Of a stretch of 64,000 nucleotides of DNA, positions 45,466 to 58,102 are shown one piece after another. The notes under the pieces were generated by a model. The model did no database searches. It was not told where the DNA came from and saw nothing but the letters and a program-made list of their open reading frames with translations. Each line of letters starts with the position of its first letter. Position 1 is the first letter of the stretch. The DNA comes from the human T2T-CHM13v2.0 reference genome, Homo sapiens. A program made the translations under genes and the position numbers. The stretch is from assembly GCF_009914755.1 (NCBI RefSeq), contig NC_060927.1; one strand, 5' to 3'.

Positions 45466-46041
45466 CTCCAGTTAACTTCTGAACTTAAATTCCCTTACTA
45501 TTTTAAGTACTGTTCTAATTGGAGACAGACTTGGAGTCTTACAAGAAGGTAGGGACCAAATGGTCATTCTCTTCTATATGTGACCCAGGGTGGAGAAGAG
45601 AACAGTGAGGGGGATACCTCTGACTATTTTTCCTCCCTGGTTCCTGGGTGCCAGCATCCTGTTAAATGTGCTGACCATGGCTGAAGGTGTGACTCGTCAA
45701 GCCACGGCACCAGGGAAACAAGACTTCTGGGCCAAGTCACGCTTACCCAAGTAGCCCTAGCTATCTGCCTATTTCCCTTTGGCTTCCTAGACATGTGTGA
45801 CCTGCCTGGCTCCCGAAAAAATGGATCTCTGGAGAAACTCTAATGGTTGCCTTTGGCCAAGGCTTCTTTAAAAGAGGCAATGTGGTAGATTGCCTGCTGT
45901 TACAGCTCATGCTAAAACATTTACTCTTAGAAAAATGGTTCCAGTTAACTTCTGAACTTAAAATCCCGTTACTACTTAAGTACTGTTCCAACTGGAGACA
46001 TACTTGGTGTCTTACAAGAAGGTAGAGACCAAATGGTCATT
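45466..46041 (+). repeat. About 100-bp dispersed direct repeat (45467-45568 and 45940-46041)
   Basis: tccagttaacttctgaacttaaa..cttacaagaaggtag.gaccaaatggtcatt is present twice. Confidence 0.93.
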
Positions 46042-46541
46042 TTCCTGCTGATGGGACAGTATCAGAACTAAAATTTGGCTATGGAGGACATTTTACTCCT
46101 AACTGCTGAAGGCAGAGCTTTCCGGTTCACAGAAGGGGCTTAGCGCCTGATTTCTAGTGGCACGAAAGAAAGCTGCACTGTACAACAAAGGACCAGTAAT
46201 GTGCCTCATGAAGAGGACTTCTATTTCTACTAGGTGGTGGTGGTGGCTTAGAAATACCATACGCTCGCCAGATAAACGGTAGAGAGAGCAAAAGCTTTTT
46301 GAATTATTTCCTGCCGCGTTTGCTGATCTTTCCTAACAGACCTGTTAGCTTGAACTGTAAAAATTTCCGTACATCGCATACACGGAGAGAATAGACATAG
46401 TGATCATAGACAGGAAAGAAGGAAAATTTAGTGAGAGGATAGCTGGAAAAGAGCCTTGTGATTAAAGGAGGTTTGCTCCTTACTTACCACTCCGATGTTT
46501 CTATCTTCGGTTTTGATCTGGACCCAGGAGAGAACCCAATA

Positions 46542-47165
46542 TGAAACAACTCTGTTGTCTGCAGTCTTTACTCTGGCTTTTGGTCTCAGTCAAGAAGGAA
46601 TTCAGGACACAGAACACATGAGGGGTGGGTTTTGGAGTGGAAAGTTTAATAGAAAAAGAAGAAAAGAGAGAGAAAAAGCTTCCTCATGTTGAGAAAGCCC
46701 AAAAGAGGGCCTCCAAGCAGAAAAAAAGGACCAGCTGACATAAATGCGCCAAGTTTTATAGTCCAATTTGAGGAGGTGGTGTCTGATTTACATAGGGCTC
46801 ATTGATTTATTGGATCAGCTGTGGTATCTACATGGTGCACGGGGAAGGCTGGTCACCCCACCCTAATCTTATTATGCAAATGGCATTCCAGTTTATTGGC
46901 ACCATCTTGTCTGCTCCTTCTTCTCCTTTTTTTTTTTTTTTTTTTTTTTGTGGTGGAGTCTGGCTGACAAAGAGAAGGGAAGATGGAGCTGCCATCTTGA
47001 ACATGATTGGCACAACTGCCGGTATCTATGTCTGCAGATCGATTTTACAGGCTGCTCTTCGTTAAAAAGGAAAATAATTTGGGGCTGCTTTTCATTATAA
47101 AGAAAAACCTTACTGAGGACTCCCATGCCCTTAGCAGCTGCCTTAATTTCTTAACTCCTATATCA
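46542..47165 (-). repeat. 5' LTR (MER61-type) with octamer and TATA box
   Basis: ATGCAAAT at 46874-46881; TATAAAA on the minus strand at 46754-46760; poly(T) insertion at 46927-46949. Confidence 0.88.
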
Positions 47166-48204
47166 ACATGAAACACATAATTATGAAAATAAAAACCTCA
47201 GTAATATATTATCAAAATATATTACCACATTCATCCATGAATCTATGTATTAAAAAGTTAATTTTTTAATAATCAGTTATATTTCATAGAATAGATATAA
47301 TCTCTAGGTCACATTTAAATATGGAAATTTCTTAAGCTGAGAAAAAAATCCTGAATAGATTTAAAAACTTTGTTTGCCAAACAGTTTTTGCCACTTATAT
47401 AGATGTTATTTTAACCCCCTACTGTGTAACTGATCCAATTATCATTAGCTGCCAATCCTGGGAATTGCAGAGCTCTTATTCCCCTCAGTATTAAAATCTT
47501 TTACCTGTTTTTATTTAGTGAAACCATCAACGTCCACCTGTAGAAACTCATTTTGGATTATATATGGCAGCTGCTATGAGAATAGAACTTTCATCTGACC
47601 AATTACATTTAAAAATTTTTCAATCATAACTATTATATATGTCTCATATATATTTCATATATAGTTATATATATATAGTTATAGTTATCTGCTATGCAAT
47701 AACAAGAGATATGTTTCCAGTACAATTCTCTGCAATTTCAGGTTACTTTGTATTTTCTATATTTTAAAAGATTGTTTAAAATAGAGAAATAATAGAATTA
47801 TTAAATCAGATTGTTCATTTGTGAAATAAGTTTTAAAAATATTTCAGTGATTCTTATTTTATGGTATTCCTAGAACTAAAGAAAGATTCCAAGACAAATG
47901 AATTTTAGGAAAAAAAAGTTTATTTTAAATAATTTTTTCGAAGAGGTCCATGTTTTGAATATATAATCTCAAAAAATAGAAAGTAAATATTGAAAAGAAA
48001 AATACATTTTTTAAAGGAGCAAATATTCAGCAATTCTCACTAGATACCCAGCTTAAAATGTTCAAATGTGAGTTTGACTGTGAATTATGATGTACATTTA
48101 GAGAAAGGGTGATATGTCAGTTTTGTTTTCATAGTGCTAATAAATGTGACAAAAATGTCAATAACAATAACTATTATGGTAGCTATCATTATTTTTCACT
48201 CTAA

Positions 48205-48330
48205 AAATATTTGAGTTTCTACTTTGGACTAGTCGCTGCGAATATGGCAGTGAAAAGAATAAGGATCCTGCTTTCATGGAGCTTACATTTTAGTTGTGGG
48301 TAGGCGAGAACAAATAAACAAGCAAAAGTC
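48205..48330 (-). mobile_element. L2 3' fragment
   Basis: atatggcagtgaaaagaat..cctgctttcatggagcttacattttagttgtggg. Confidence 0.55.
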
Positions 48331-49186
48331 TGTTAAATGTTGACAACTGCTGCCAAAGTCCCTTAGAAAAGGATTTTCGGGAACACACCTGAAATCAAAG
48401 TAAATTATATTCGGTTTGCTACAGAAAGGGAGGGCACACACCAGAGATACTTTGAGAGATTATCAATAAGACAAGTTAGAGGGACATTTTACAGACTCTG
48501 GGTGTATGCTGGATGATTTTAAAAAGAGATGAAGAAAGTGGTGGCCATCTGCAGGTGGGATACTGCTTGAGTACCAATTATATCCCTTGTGGTAGAAATA
48601 GCACTCAGAAGGGCTGGCACACCAATGATAGTTACAGCTGTATAAAGGATAAGATTGCTTTGAGAGTAATTTTAGATAAACAAGAGTGTTCCCAAGACCA
48701 AGCCCTGGAGCAATTCATAATGAGGAGGAACCAGCCAAAGTGATTGAGAAAGAATGTCCAGTAATGTAAGAGACTGATATCTTTAAGGCAGGGGAATAGA
48801 GAAAAGTTTGTAGTAGAAGAAGAATTTCTATTATTAGCGAGTAGTGATTAAGTCTGATCCTAGAGTACAATCTGGGTACATAACAGAAAGAACCATCTGG
48901 GAATTTGTCTAGAGGAAGAAAATGGCTTCACTAATTTTTCTGTTGTTGTTGTTGCTTTGTTTTTAAATAATAAACACTTTTGTATCATGTATAACTTTTT
49001 TACCTCTATTTAATCATTATAACAGTTACAACAATGAGGTTTCTGACCTATTTAATCCAGATAACAGTTAAATAAGACTCAGTGATTTGTCCCAAGTTAC
49101 ACCATTTTTAAGTGAATGGCAGGGCTCAAACTATAGTTTGATTCCAGCTGTGGCTTTTCTAATTATTGCTAATTGAAAGTGCAAAC

Positions 49187-49676
49187 CAGTGGTTTTGAAA
49201 CCTGGCAGCTATCTGTGGCAATTTTAAAATTTGGGGCCCACATATCACCACAGGAAGTTCTAAATTAATTCTATTGATTAATGGGTTTAATTAATTGGAT
49301 GACTGCTAGAGTATGTTCATTAGGAAAACCACTTTTCCAGATATTTCCACAAAATTGGTATTTCGATATTCTGCTTTTTCTAAAGTCCAATACAAGAAAA
49401 CCATGCTAGACTTTCTGAATCAGAATCTCATAGGATGGAGTTTGTTAGTATTGATTAAACCAGCTTCCTAGGTGATTTTTAATATACAACAGATTTCAAA
49501 ATGTTGCAGCAAACAGATTCCCAAATATTGCTGCATATTAAAATGATCTGGGAACATTTTTAAAATCTGAATGCCCAGGTTATACCAAGGGGATAAGCAC
49601 GAGCTATCAGTAAGAGTTAAAGCTTTAAAGCTTTCCAGGTGATTTCAAAGTGCAGCAAAATTTGGGAACCACTGGC
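49187..49676. mobile_element. Cluster of MER5-type hAT-Charlie MITE relics
   Basis: cagtggttttgaaacctggc..aaaaccact; ctgaatcagaatctc..cttcctaggtgatt; gctgcatattaaaatgatctggg..tttccaggtgatttc..tttgggaaccactgg. Confidence 0.7.
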
Positions 49677-51199
49677 ACAAAAGCTCCAGCAAGATGAAAA
49701 AGCGATGCAGATTACGTAAATTGATATTATGAAGCTATTAGTGTGAAACAAACTATTACTTCACTATAAAATGACTATTTCATATAGTTTAATTTAAAAT
49801 ACAATAGTGTCTATTAAAATTTTTGCAGAAGAATTTATTTGCCTTTCATTACATGTTTTGCAGAAACCATATCTTTGTTCTAGAGAATACAGACAATAGT
49901 AAAGTTTATAGGCAGAAAAATAACTTCTAAATTGAATTCATTTTTTAGCCTCACTTTAACTTTGTTTTTTAGTCTTGAAGTTTGGCAGAACACAGTTTAA
50001 AACCATTACATCACCTTTCTCATATGCAGATGAAAACATTGCACTGTAAGTTTGCACTTATTATTTTTTTTCAGAGTTTCAATTTATTTTATTGAAGTGA
50101 AATTAACTGCTCTGGTTAGTTGGAACATTTTGAACACTTTGTCTTTTGATTTTAAAAACACATTCCAAGGTCGAATTCACAGCAAGTAAACTAATTGAGC
50201 CCAGAGAAATTGAAAATGATGAGAAGAATTGGTTTAGCCAAATGTTACATAAATTTGCCCCTCAGCATCCTTTTGCTAATAAATCCACAGTTTACACTTC
50301 TGCTGCAAACCTGCCCTGAATCAGTTAGCATAATGAAGATGCTTTCATGTTAAGCAGTAATGTGTCTCTGCCAGAGAAGCCTCTTGGCTCTCTGATAGGC
50401 TGGAGCAGATCCAATTTATCCTGACTGCTAAACAAGTCAGGGTTCCACCTGCTGTGTGGAAGATGCTGGTGGGGCACAGGTGAAACAATCTAAAACTTAA
50501 AACATTATAGAACCATAACCATATATCATGCTTATGCTTTTTTGAATTTCAAAATATTTTCAACAATAAATTCTAATTTCTAAGTATTAATGCAAATATG
50601 TTGACAGAAGAAATGATGAAATGACCTGATTTAACTATATGGCTCAAAAAATATTTATTAAAACCTATTTGAATATTATATGTAAAATATCGTCACCTTT
50701 ATTGGGATTAGTGATTCATTGTAAATTTTTATGGGTAAACTTACATTTTCAGAAGCCCCACCTAGGGACTAATTTTTTTTAATTTTTAATTTTTTTCATA
50801 TGTACTTTTAGATACAGAAATACAAGCAAAAGAAAAGAGATAAACTAATGATTAAAATACACAATATATTGTTTTACTTTACCTTTTTTCACTTCTATAG
50901 TAGTTTTGAGCTTTTTAAAATATGACATAGGTTCCTATTTTTGTTTATTAGTTTATGTTTCAAATACTTTGGGATCCTGTTTAGTAAAAATTCCATTTTG
51001 TTATTACCTCCTTTTGTATTTGAACATGATATTTGCTACTCATAATGAAAATCTTTTTTAAGGAGTTATTTCAGATGTAAGGTATGTATAGAAGCATTGG
51101 TTCATTTAGTTTAATATATTTTTCTTTTAAAATATTTTGAGGCATTCTTTAAGTAGTGGAATAACATATTAAAGGTATTATTTTTAAGTATTGGTCTGT

Positions 51200-51395
51200 A
51201 TCAGGCAATTTTCAAGGCATTTTAAATTTATTATTTTACTCAATCATCTTAAGCTTCTAATGAGATCATTAGCTCTTGTTTTTAGGTGAGCAATTAATGC
51301 TCAGAGTTCATATATTTTGTCCAGATATATCAGGTAAATTGCAAAACCCAACTTTGAACAACCGTTTATTTGACTTGAATGTCCATGTTTTCCCA
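51200..51395 (-). mobile_element. MIR relic
   Basis: tttttaggtgagcaattaatgctcagag..tttgtccagatatatcaggtaa..tttgaac resembles the MIR core. Confidence 0.45.
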
Positions 51396-52280
51396 CTCTG
51401 GGAAAAATGGAAAATTTTATTAAATGTGTAAGAAGGTTCCAAAGAAATAATGAATACTAATGATTTATTACTGGAGATATATAAAGATAAATGTGGCAAT
51501 TTTTTTAAGTAAAAACATTGTCCGAAGGGTCCAAAATGTTAAATTTACACATTTTCATGGTGATAAGTAACTACTTTTTTGTGTGTACATACAAGTGGAT
51601 GTTTGGCAATTCAATGCAAAATATTTATCTTGACACAAACATTTTATCTGTGCAGTGGCTGATGTATTACAGCAAATCAGAACAGAATACTAAGTTATAA
51701 AAATTTTGGTGACTGCGTATTCAAAATATGCAATTCTGAAGAGACGTTAGTACCTTCTTTTTGCTAACCAGATATGGAAATTAAGAGCAGAAAGAGAAAA
51801 TGCTACCTTTATGGATTATAGATGTAGTCTACCTTTGTTTTGCCAAAATCCCTAAAAGGTAGGATCTGGATAAAATAAAACTAGCTGTGAGGCTTTATCT
51901 GGCTAAACGGAGAAGTATCTGAAAGAGCTGGCAAAGCTATGTCTATTCCTTCTTTGGAAACACTTGACATTTTTCTGTCATTGAGCTTGGGGATGTCAAA
52001 TAATTTTAAATTCTTGGTTGCTGGAATAAGCTACTGTAGAAACATATGCATGCATAGGTCTACTAAGGAACTTTGATGGTCAGAAGGCACCTTACACAGA
52101 TGATACAGGTAACTTTACATATTATTTTTTTAATTACTCCACCAGGGCTTAGAGAGATGGTTTTTATTAAATTTCTCAAGCTAATGTCATCAATACTCTA
52201 TCCATCTTTTTTTTTAAAGAAAAAAAGAGAAATGCAACTACTTTTGTATGTTTATTTTGTTTCTTAATGGAGTCTTCAGG

Positions 52281-53497
52281 TTTTTTATTTATTTATTTAT
52301 TTTTTAATTATACTTTAAGTTCTAGGGTACATGTGCACAATGTGCAGTTTTGTTACATGTGTATACATGTGCCATGTTGGTGTGTTGCACCCATTAACTC
52401 ATCATTTACATTAGGCGTATCTCCTAATGCTATCCCTCCCCCCTCCTGCCACCCCACAACAGGCCCCAATGTGTGATGTTCCCCACTCTGTGTCCAAGTG
52501 TTTTCATTGTTCAGTTCCCACATATGAGTGAGAACATGCAGTGTTTGGTTTTCTGTCCTTACGATAGTTTGCTCAGAATGACGGTTTCCAGCTTCATACA
52601 TGTCCCTACAAAGGACATGAACTCATCCTTTTCTTATGGCTGCATAGTATTCCATGGTGTATATGTGCCACATTTTCTTAATCCAGTCTATCATTGTTGG
52701 ACATTTGGGTTGGTTCCAAGTCTTTGCTATTGTGAATAGTGCCGCAATAAACATATGTGTGCATGTGTCTTTATAGTAGAATAATTTTTAATCCTTTGGG
52801 TATATACCCAGTAATGGGATGGCTGGGTCAAATGGTATTTCTAGTTCTAGATCCTTGAGGAATCGCCACACTGTCTTCCACAATGGTTGAACTAGTTTAC
52901 AGTCCCACCAACAGTGTCAAAGTGTCCCTGTTTCTCCACATCCTCTCCAGCACCTGTTGTTTCCTAACTTTTTAATGATTGTCATTCTAACTGGTGTGAG
53001 ATGGTATCTCATTGTGGTTTTGATTTGCATTTCTCTGATGGCCAGTGATGATGAACATTTTTTGTGTGTGTTTGTTGGCTGCATAAATGTCTTCTTTTGA
53101 GAAGTGTGTGTTCATATCCTTTGCCCACGTTTTGATGGGGTTGTTTGATTTTTTCTTGTAAATTTGTTTAAGTTCTTTGTAGATTCTGGATATTAGCCCT
53201 TTGTCAGATGGCTAGATTGTAAAAATTTTCTCCCATTCTGTAGGTTGCCTGTTCACTGTGATGGTAGTTTCTTTTGCTATGCAGAAGCTCTTTAGTTTAG
53301 TTAGATCTCATTTGTCAATTTTGGCTTTTATTGCCATTTTATTTTTGGTGTTTTAGACATGAAGTCCTTACCCATGCCTATGTCCTGAATAGTATTGCCT
53401 AGGTTTTCTTCTAGGGTTTTTATGGTTTTAGGTCTAAAATTTAAATCTTTAATCCAACTTGAATTAATTTTCTGTATAAAGTGTAAGGAAGGGATCT
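52281..53497 (-). mobile_element. 5'-truncated L1PA (PA4-6-like), about 1.2 kb
   Basis: Antisense 3'UTR (ttatactttaagttctagggtacatgtgcac) through the ORF2 3' part, ending gtaaggaagggatc. Confidence 0.93.
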
Positions 53498-56400
53498 CAT
53501 TATTTTATTCACTTGTCCATTTCCTTATAAATTCATTCCTTTACTTAGTAAGCATTTACATAGGGTCTACTATACTTTAGTACTATGCTAGTGTCTACCA
53601 TTTATTTGCTATATGGCTATCATATATAGTGACTAACATAATATATATTTGAACCAGGTTTGTAAGATCCGTGGTCTAACTGAACTTACATTTAGTAAAA
53701 GGAAAAGCGATGATATATACATAAAACATAAACAAGGTAACTCCTGACTGTGGTTACCATGAAGTTAATAAGAAAGATTATTTTGTAAAAGATGATCATT
53801 AAAGGGTCATCTGAAATATGACATCTGAGCTGAAATATGACATCTGAGCTGAGCTCCTCCAGTTATTAAGACACTAAGATGAGAAAAGGCTTGACGCTTC
53901 TTATGGCAAATAGGGAGGAAGTTAGGAAAGGTATAACATGAGGGAGGAGATAGAGGTAAGGTCTCTATTATGAGATGAAGTTGGAAAGGAGGTCAGAGAC
54001 CATCACGATAAGCATTGTAGGCTAGGTCTTTACATTTGGCTTTTATTTTGAGAGTATTAAAGTTTTTAAACAGGGAAATAAAATTATTGATTTATATTTT
54101 TTAAATGTTACCTTGACTGCTGTGTGGAGAATTAACTCTTTGGATCATAAGTCAATCAGGGAAACACATTAGGAAGTTATTTCAATAATCTAGAGGTGGT
54201 ATAATGATGACAGTTGACAGAAAAGAGGATGACTTTTAGATATATATATTTTTAGTAAAAATTGGAGGGATAGATAAGATAGAATCTTAGCTAAAGAGAG
54301 GAATAAAGAATTTCTTTAAATTGTGTTTTCCAAAAAAATATAAGGATTTAGGTACTATACACTAAAGAAAAGGTAGGAATGTAAAATGTTAGATATTTAA
54401 GAAAATAGAGAAGAGCAAGAATTCCAATGATGTACTTTTTTTTTTGGAGGAGGCCATTTTGAAAGGCTAAAATTTACTATTTAAGGAGTAGGTATTTATT
54501 TATTCATTTGTTTATTTATTATACTGCAGAACGTGCAGGCTTGTTACATAGGTGTACACGTGCCATGGTGGTTTGCTGCACTCATCAACCTGTCATCTAC
54601 ATTAGGTATTTCTCCTAATGTTATCCCTCCCCTAGCTCCCCATCCCACAACAGGCCCTGGGGTGTGATGTTCCCCTCCCTGTGTCCATGTGTTCTCATTG
54701 ATCAACTCCCATCTATGAGTGAGAACATATGGTGTTTGGTTTTCTGTTCTTGCGTTAGTTTGCTGAGAATGATGGTTTCAAGCTTCATCCATGTCCTTGC
54801 AAAGGACATGAACTCATCCTTTTTTATGGCCACATAGTATTCCATGGTGTATATGTGCCACATTTACTTATGCAGTCTATCATTGATGGGCATTTGGGTT
54901 GGTTAAATGTCTTTGCTATTGTAAACTGTGCCACAATAAACATACGTGTGCATGTGTCTTTACAGTAGAATGATTTATAATACTTTGGGTATATACTCAG
55001 TAATGGGATTGCTGAGTCAAATGATATTTCTGGTTCTAGATCCTTAAGGAATTGCCACACTGTCTTCCACAATGGTTGAACTAATTTACACTTCCACCAA
55101 CAGTGTAAAAGCATTCCTGTTTCTCCACATCATCTCCAGCATCTGTTGTTTCCTGACTTATTAATGATAGCCATACTAACTGGCATGAGATGGTTTCTCA
55201 TTGTGGTTTTGATTTGCATTTCTCTAATGACCAGTGGTAATGAACTTTCTTTCATATGTTTGTTGGCTGCATAGATGTCTTCTTTTGAGAAGTGTCTGTT
55301 CGTATCCTTCCCCCACTTTTTGATGGGGTTGTTTTTTTCTTGTAAATTTGTTTAAGTTCTTTGTAGATTCTGGATATTAGCCCTTTGTCAGATGGATAAA
55401 TTGCAAAAATTTTCTCCCATTCTCTAGGTTGCCTGTTCACTCTGATGATAGTTTCTTTTGCTGTGCAGAAGCTCTTTAGTTTGATTAGTTCCCATTTGTC
55501 AACTTTGGCTTTTGTTGCCATTGCTTTTGGTGTTTTAGTCATGAAGTCTTTGCCCATGCCTATGTCCTGAATTGTATTGTCTAGGATTTTTTAAGGGTTT
55601 TCATGGTTTTAGGTCTTACATTTATGTCTTTAATAAATCTTGAGTTAATTTTTGTATAAGGTGTAAGGAAGGGATCTAGTTTCCGTTTTTTGCATATGAC
55701 TAACCAGTTTTCCCAACACCATTTATTAAATAGGGAATCCTTTCCCCATTGCTTGTTTCTGTCAGGTTTGTCAAAGATCAGATGTTTGTAGGTGTGTGGT
55801 GTTATTTCTGAGGCCTCTGTTCTGTTCCAGTGGTCTGTATATCTGTTTTGATACCAGTACCATGCTGTTTTGGTTACTGTAGCCTTGTAGTATAGTTTGA
55901 AGTCAGGTAGTGTGATGCCTCCAGCTTTGTTCTTTTTGCTTAGGACTGTCTTGACTATATGGGCTCTTTTTTTGGTTTCATATGAACTTTAAAGTAGTTT
56001 TTTCCAATTCTGGGAAGAAAGTCAATGGTAGCTTGATGGTGATAGCATTGAATCTATAAATTACTTTGGACAGTATGGCCATTTTTACGATATTGATTCT
56101 TCCAATCCATGAGCATGGAATGTTTTTCCCTTTGTTTGTGTCCTCTCTCATTTTCTTGAGCAGTGGTTTGCAGTTCTCCTTGAAGAGGTCCTTCACATCC
56201 CTTGTAAGTTGGATTCCTAGGTATTTTATTATCTGTGTAGCAATTGTGAATGGGAGTTCACTCATGATTTGGCTCTCTGTTTGTCTGTTATTGTTGTATA
56301 GGAATGCTTGCGATTTTTGTATCCTGAGACTTTGCTGAAGTTGCTTATCAGCTTAAGGAGTTTTTGGGCTGAGACTATAGGGTTTTCTAAATATACAATC

Positions 56401-57790
56401 ATGTAATCTGCAAGTAAAAACAATGTGACCTCCTCTCTTCCTATTTGAATATGCTTTATTTCTTTCTCTTGCCTGATTGCCCTGGCCAGAACTTCCAATA
56501 CTGTGTTGAATAGGAGTGGTGAGAGAGGGAATCCTTGTCTTGTGCCAGTTTTCCAAGGGAGTGCTTCCAGCTTTTGTCCATTCAATATGATCTTCGCTAT
56601 GGGTTTATCATAAATAGCTCTTATTATTTTGAGATATGTTCCATCAATAGCTAGTTTATTGAGTGTTTTCAGCATGAAGTGGTGTTGAATTTTATTGAAG
56701 GCCTTTTCTGCATCTATTGAGATAATCATGTAGTTTTTGTCATTGGTTTGGTTTGTGTGATGGATTACGTTTATTGATTTGCGTATGTTGAATGAGCCTT
56801 GCATCCCAAGAATGAAGCTGACTTGATCCTGTTGGATAAGCTTTTTGATGTGCTGCTGGATTTGGTTTGCCAGTATTTGATTGAGGATTTTCACATCAGT
56901 GTTCATCAGGGATATTGGCCTGAAATTTTCTTTTTTTTGTTGAGTCTCTGCCAGGTTTTGGTATCAAGATGATGCTGGACTCATAAAATGAGTTAGGGAG
57001 GAGTTCCTTTTTTTCTATTGTTTAGAATGGTTTCAGAAGGAATGGTACCAGCTCTCTTGGTACCTCTGGTAGAATTCGGCAGTGTATCTATCTGGTCCTG
57101 GAGTTTTTTGGTTGTTAGGCTTTTAATTACTGCCTCAATTTCAGAACTTGTTATTGACCTATTCAGGGATTTGACTTCTTCTTGGTTTAGACATCAGAGG
57201 GTGTAGGTGTGCAGGAATTTATCCATTTCTTCTAGGTTTTCTAGTTTATTTGCATAGACGTGTTTATAGTATTCTCCGATGGTTGTTTGTATTTCTGTGG
57301 GATTGGTGGGGATATCCCCTTTCTCATTTTTTATTGTGTCTATTTGATTCTTCTCTCTTTTCTTCTTTATTAGTCTGGCTAGCGGTCTATTTTATTGATC
57401 TTTTCAAAAAACCAACTCCTGGATTCATTGATTTTTTGAAGGGTTTTTCATGTCTCTATCTCCTTCAGTTCTGGTCTGATCTTAGTTATTTCTTGTCTTA
57501 TGCTAGCTTTTGAATTTGTTTACTCTTGCTTCTCTAGTTCTTTTAAATGTAGTATTTTTAAGTTCAAAAAGCATTTGGAGCTTAGAGAAGAGTTTACTAG
57601 AGGATTCAAAACAGAACCCCCTAATCAAAGCACACAATAGAGAGAATAATGTAAGTAGTATTGGAAAGTAGTGGTCAGAGAATAGAAAGAAAAGCAGGGC
57701 AGTATACTGCCTGAAAATTCGAGAGAAAAATGTTTTATGATGAATGGTCAAAGATGCCAAATGCTGCACAAGCTCAAGATTAAAGATGAA
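53498..57790 (-). mobile_element. L2 relic (53498-54490 and 57551-57790) split by an L1PA insertion
   Basis: ttcattc..taagcattta..tactatac; gaacttacatttagt; gacatctgagctgag; ttgactgctgtgtggagaatt; ccaaatgctgc. Confidence 0.55.
54494..57550 (-). mobile_element. 5'-truncated L1PA (PA7/8-like), about 3.05 kb, ORF2 fragmented
   Basis: ORF pieces 54824-55114, 55252-55557, 55978-56265 and 56262-56906; the RT motif has decayed to LADY. Confidence 0.94.
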
Positions 57791-57795
57791 AGTTT

Positions 57796-58102
57796 GGCCG
57801 GGAGTGGTGGGTTCATACCTGTAATCCCACCACTTTTGGAGGCCGAGGCAGACAGATCACCTGAGGTCAGGAGTTCGAAAAAAAAAAAAAACTGGCCAAC
57901 GTGGTGAAACTGCGTCTCTACTAAAAAACATAAAAATAGCCGAGTTTGATGGTGGGCACCTGTAATCCCAGCTACTCAGGAGGCTGATGCAGGAGAATCA
58001 CTTGAACCCAGGAGACGGAGGTTGCAGTGAGCCAAGATTGCACCACCGCACTCCATCCTGGGCAACAGAGTGGGACTCCATTCCAAAGGAAAAAAAAAAA
58101 AA
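57796..58102 (+). mobile_element. AluS (Sx-like) with poly(A) inside the B box
   Basis: TSD aaagatgaaagttt (57782-57795) / aaagatgaaagctt (58103-58116); A14 at 57878-57891. Confidence 0.94.

Larger units (their letters stand above)
41249..47165 (-). mobile_element. Two-LTR non-autonomous ERV1 provirus, MER61 family
   Basis: Direct-repeat LTRs at 41249-41833 and 46542-47165 with TG..CA ends; 4-bp TSD acag (41245-41248) / acat (47166-47169). Degenerate PBS next to the 5' LTR, gag matrix stub (MGNRLSSACTPLEFTLKHW from 45415), env C-terminal stub (GPLDQP..PFQQEVAR near 41900-41970) and a purine tract before the 3' LTR. Confidence 0.9.

Noticed and set aside
46990-47030. p53 response element in the MER61 LTR
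   Set aside because: Some MER61 subfamilies carry p53 sites, but here I see only one imperfect half-site (gaacatgatt) with no adjacent second decamer.
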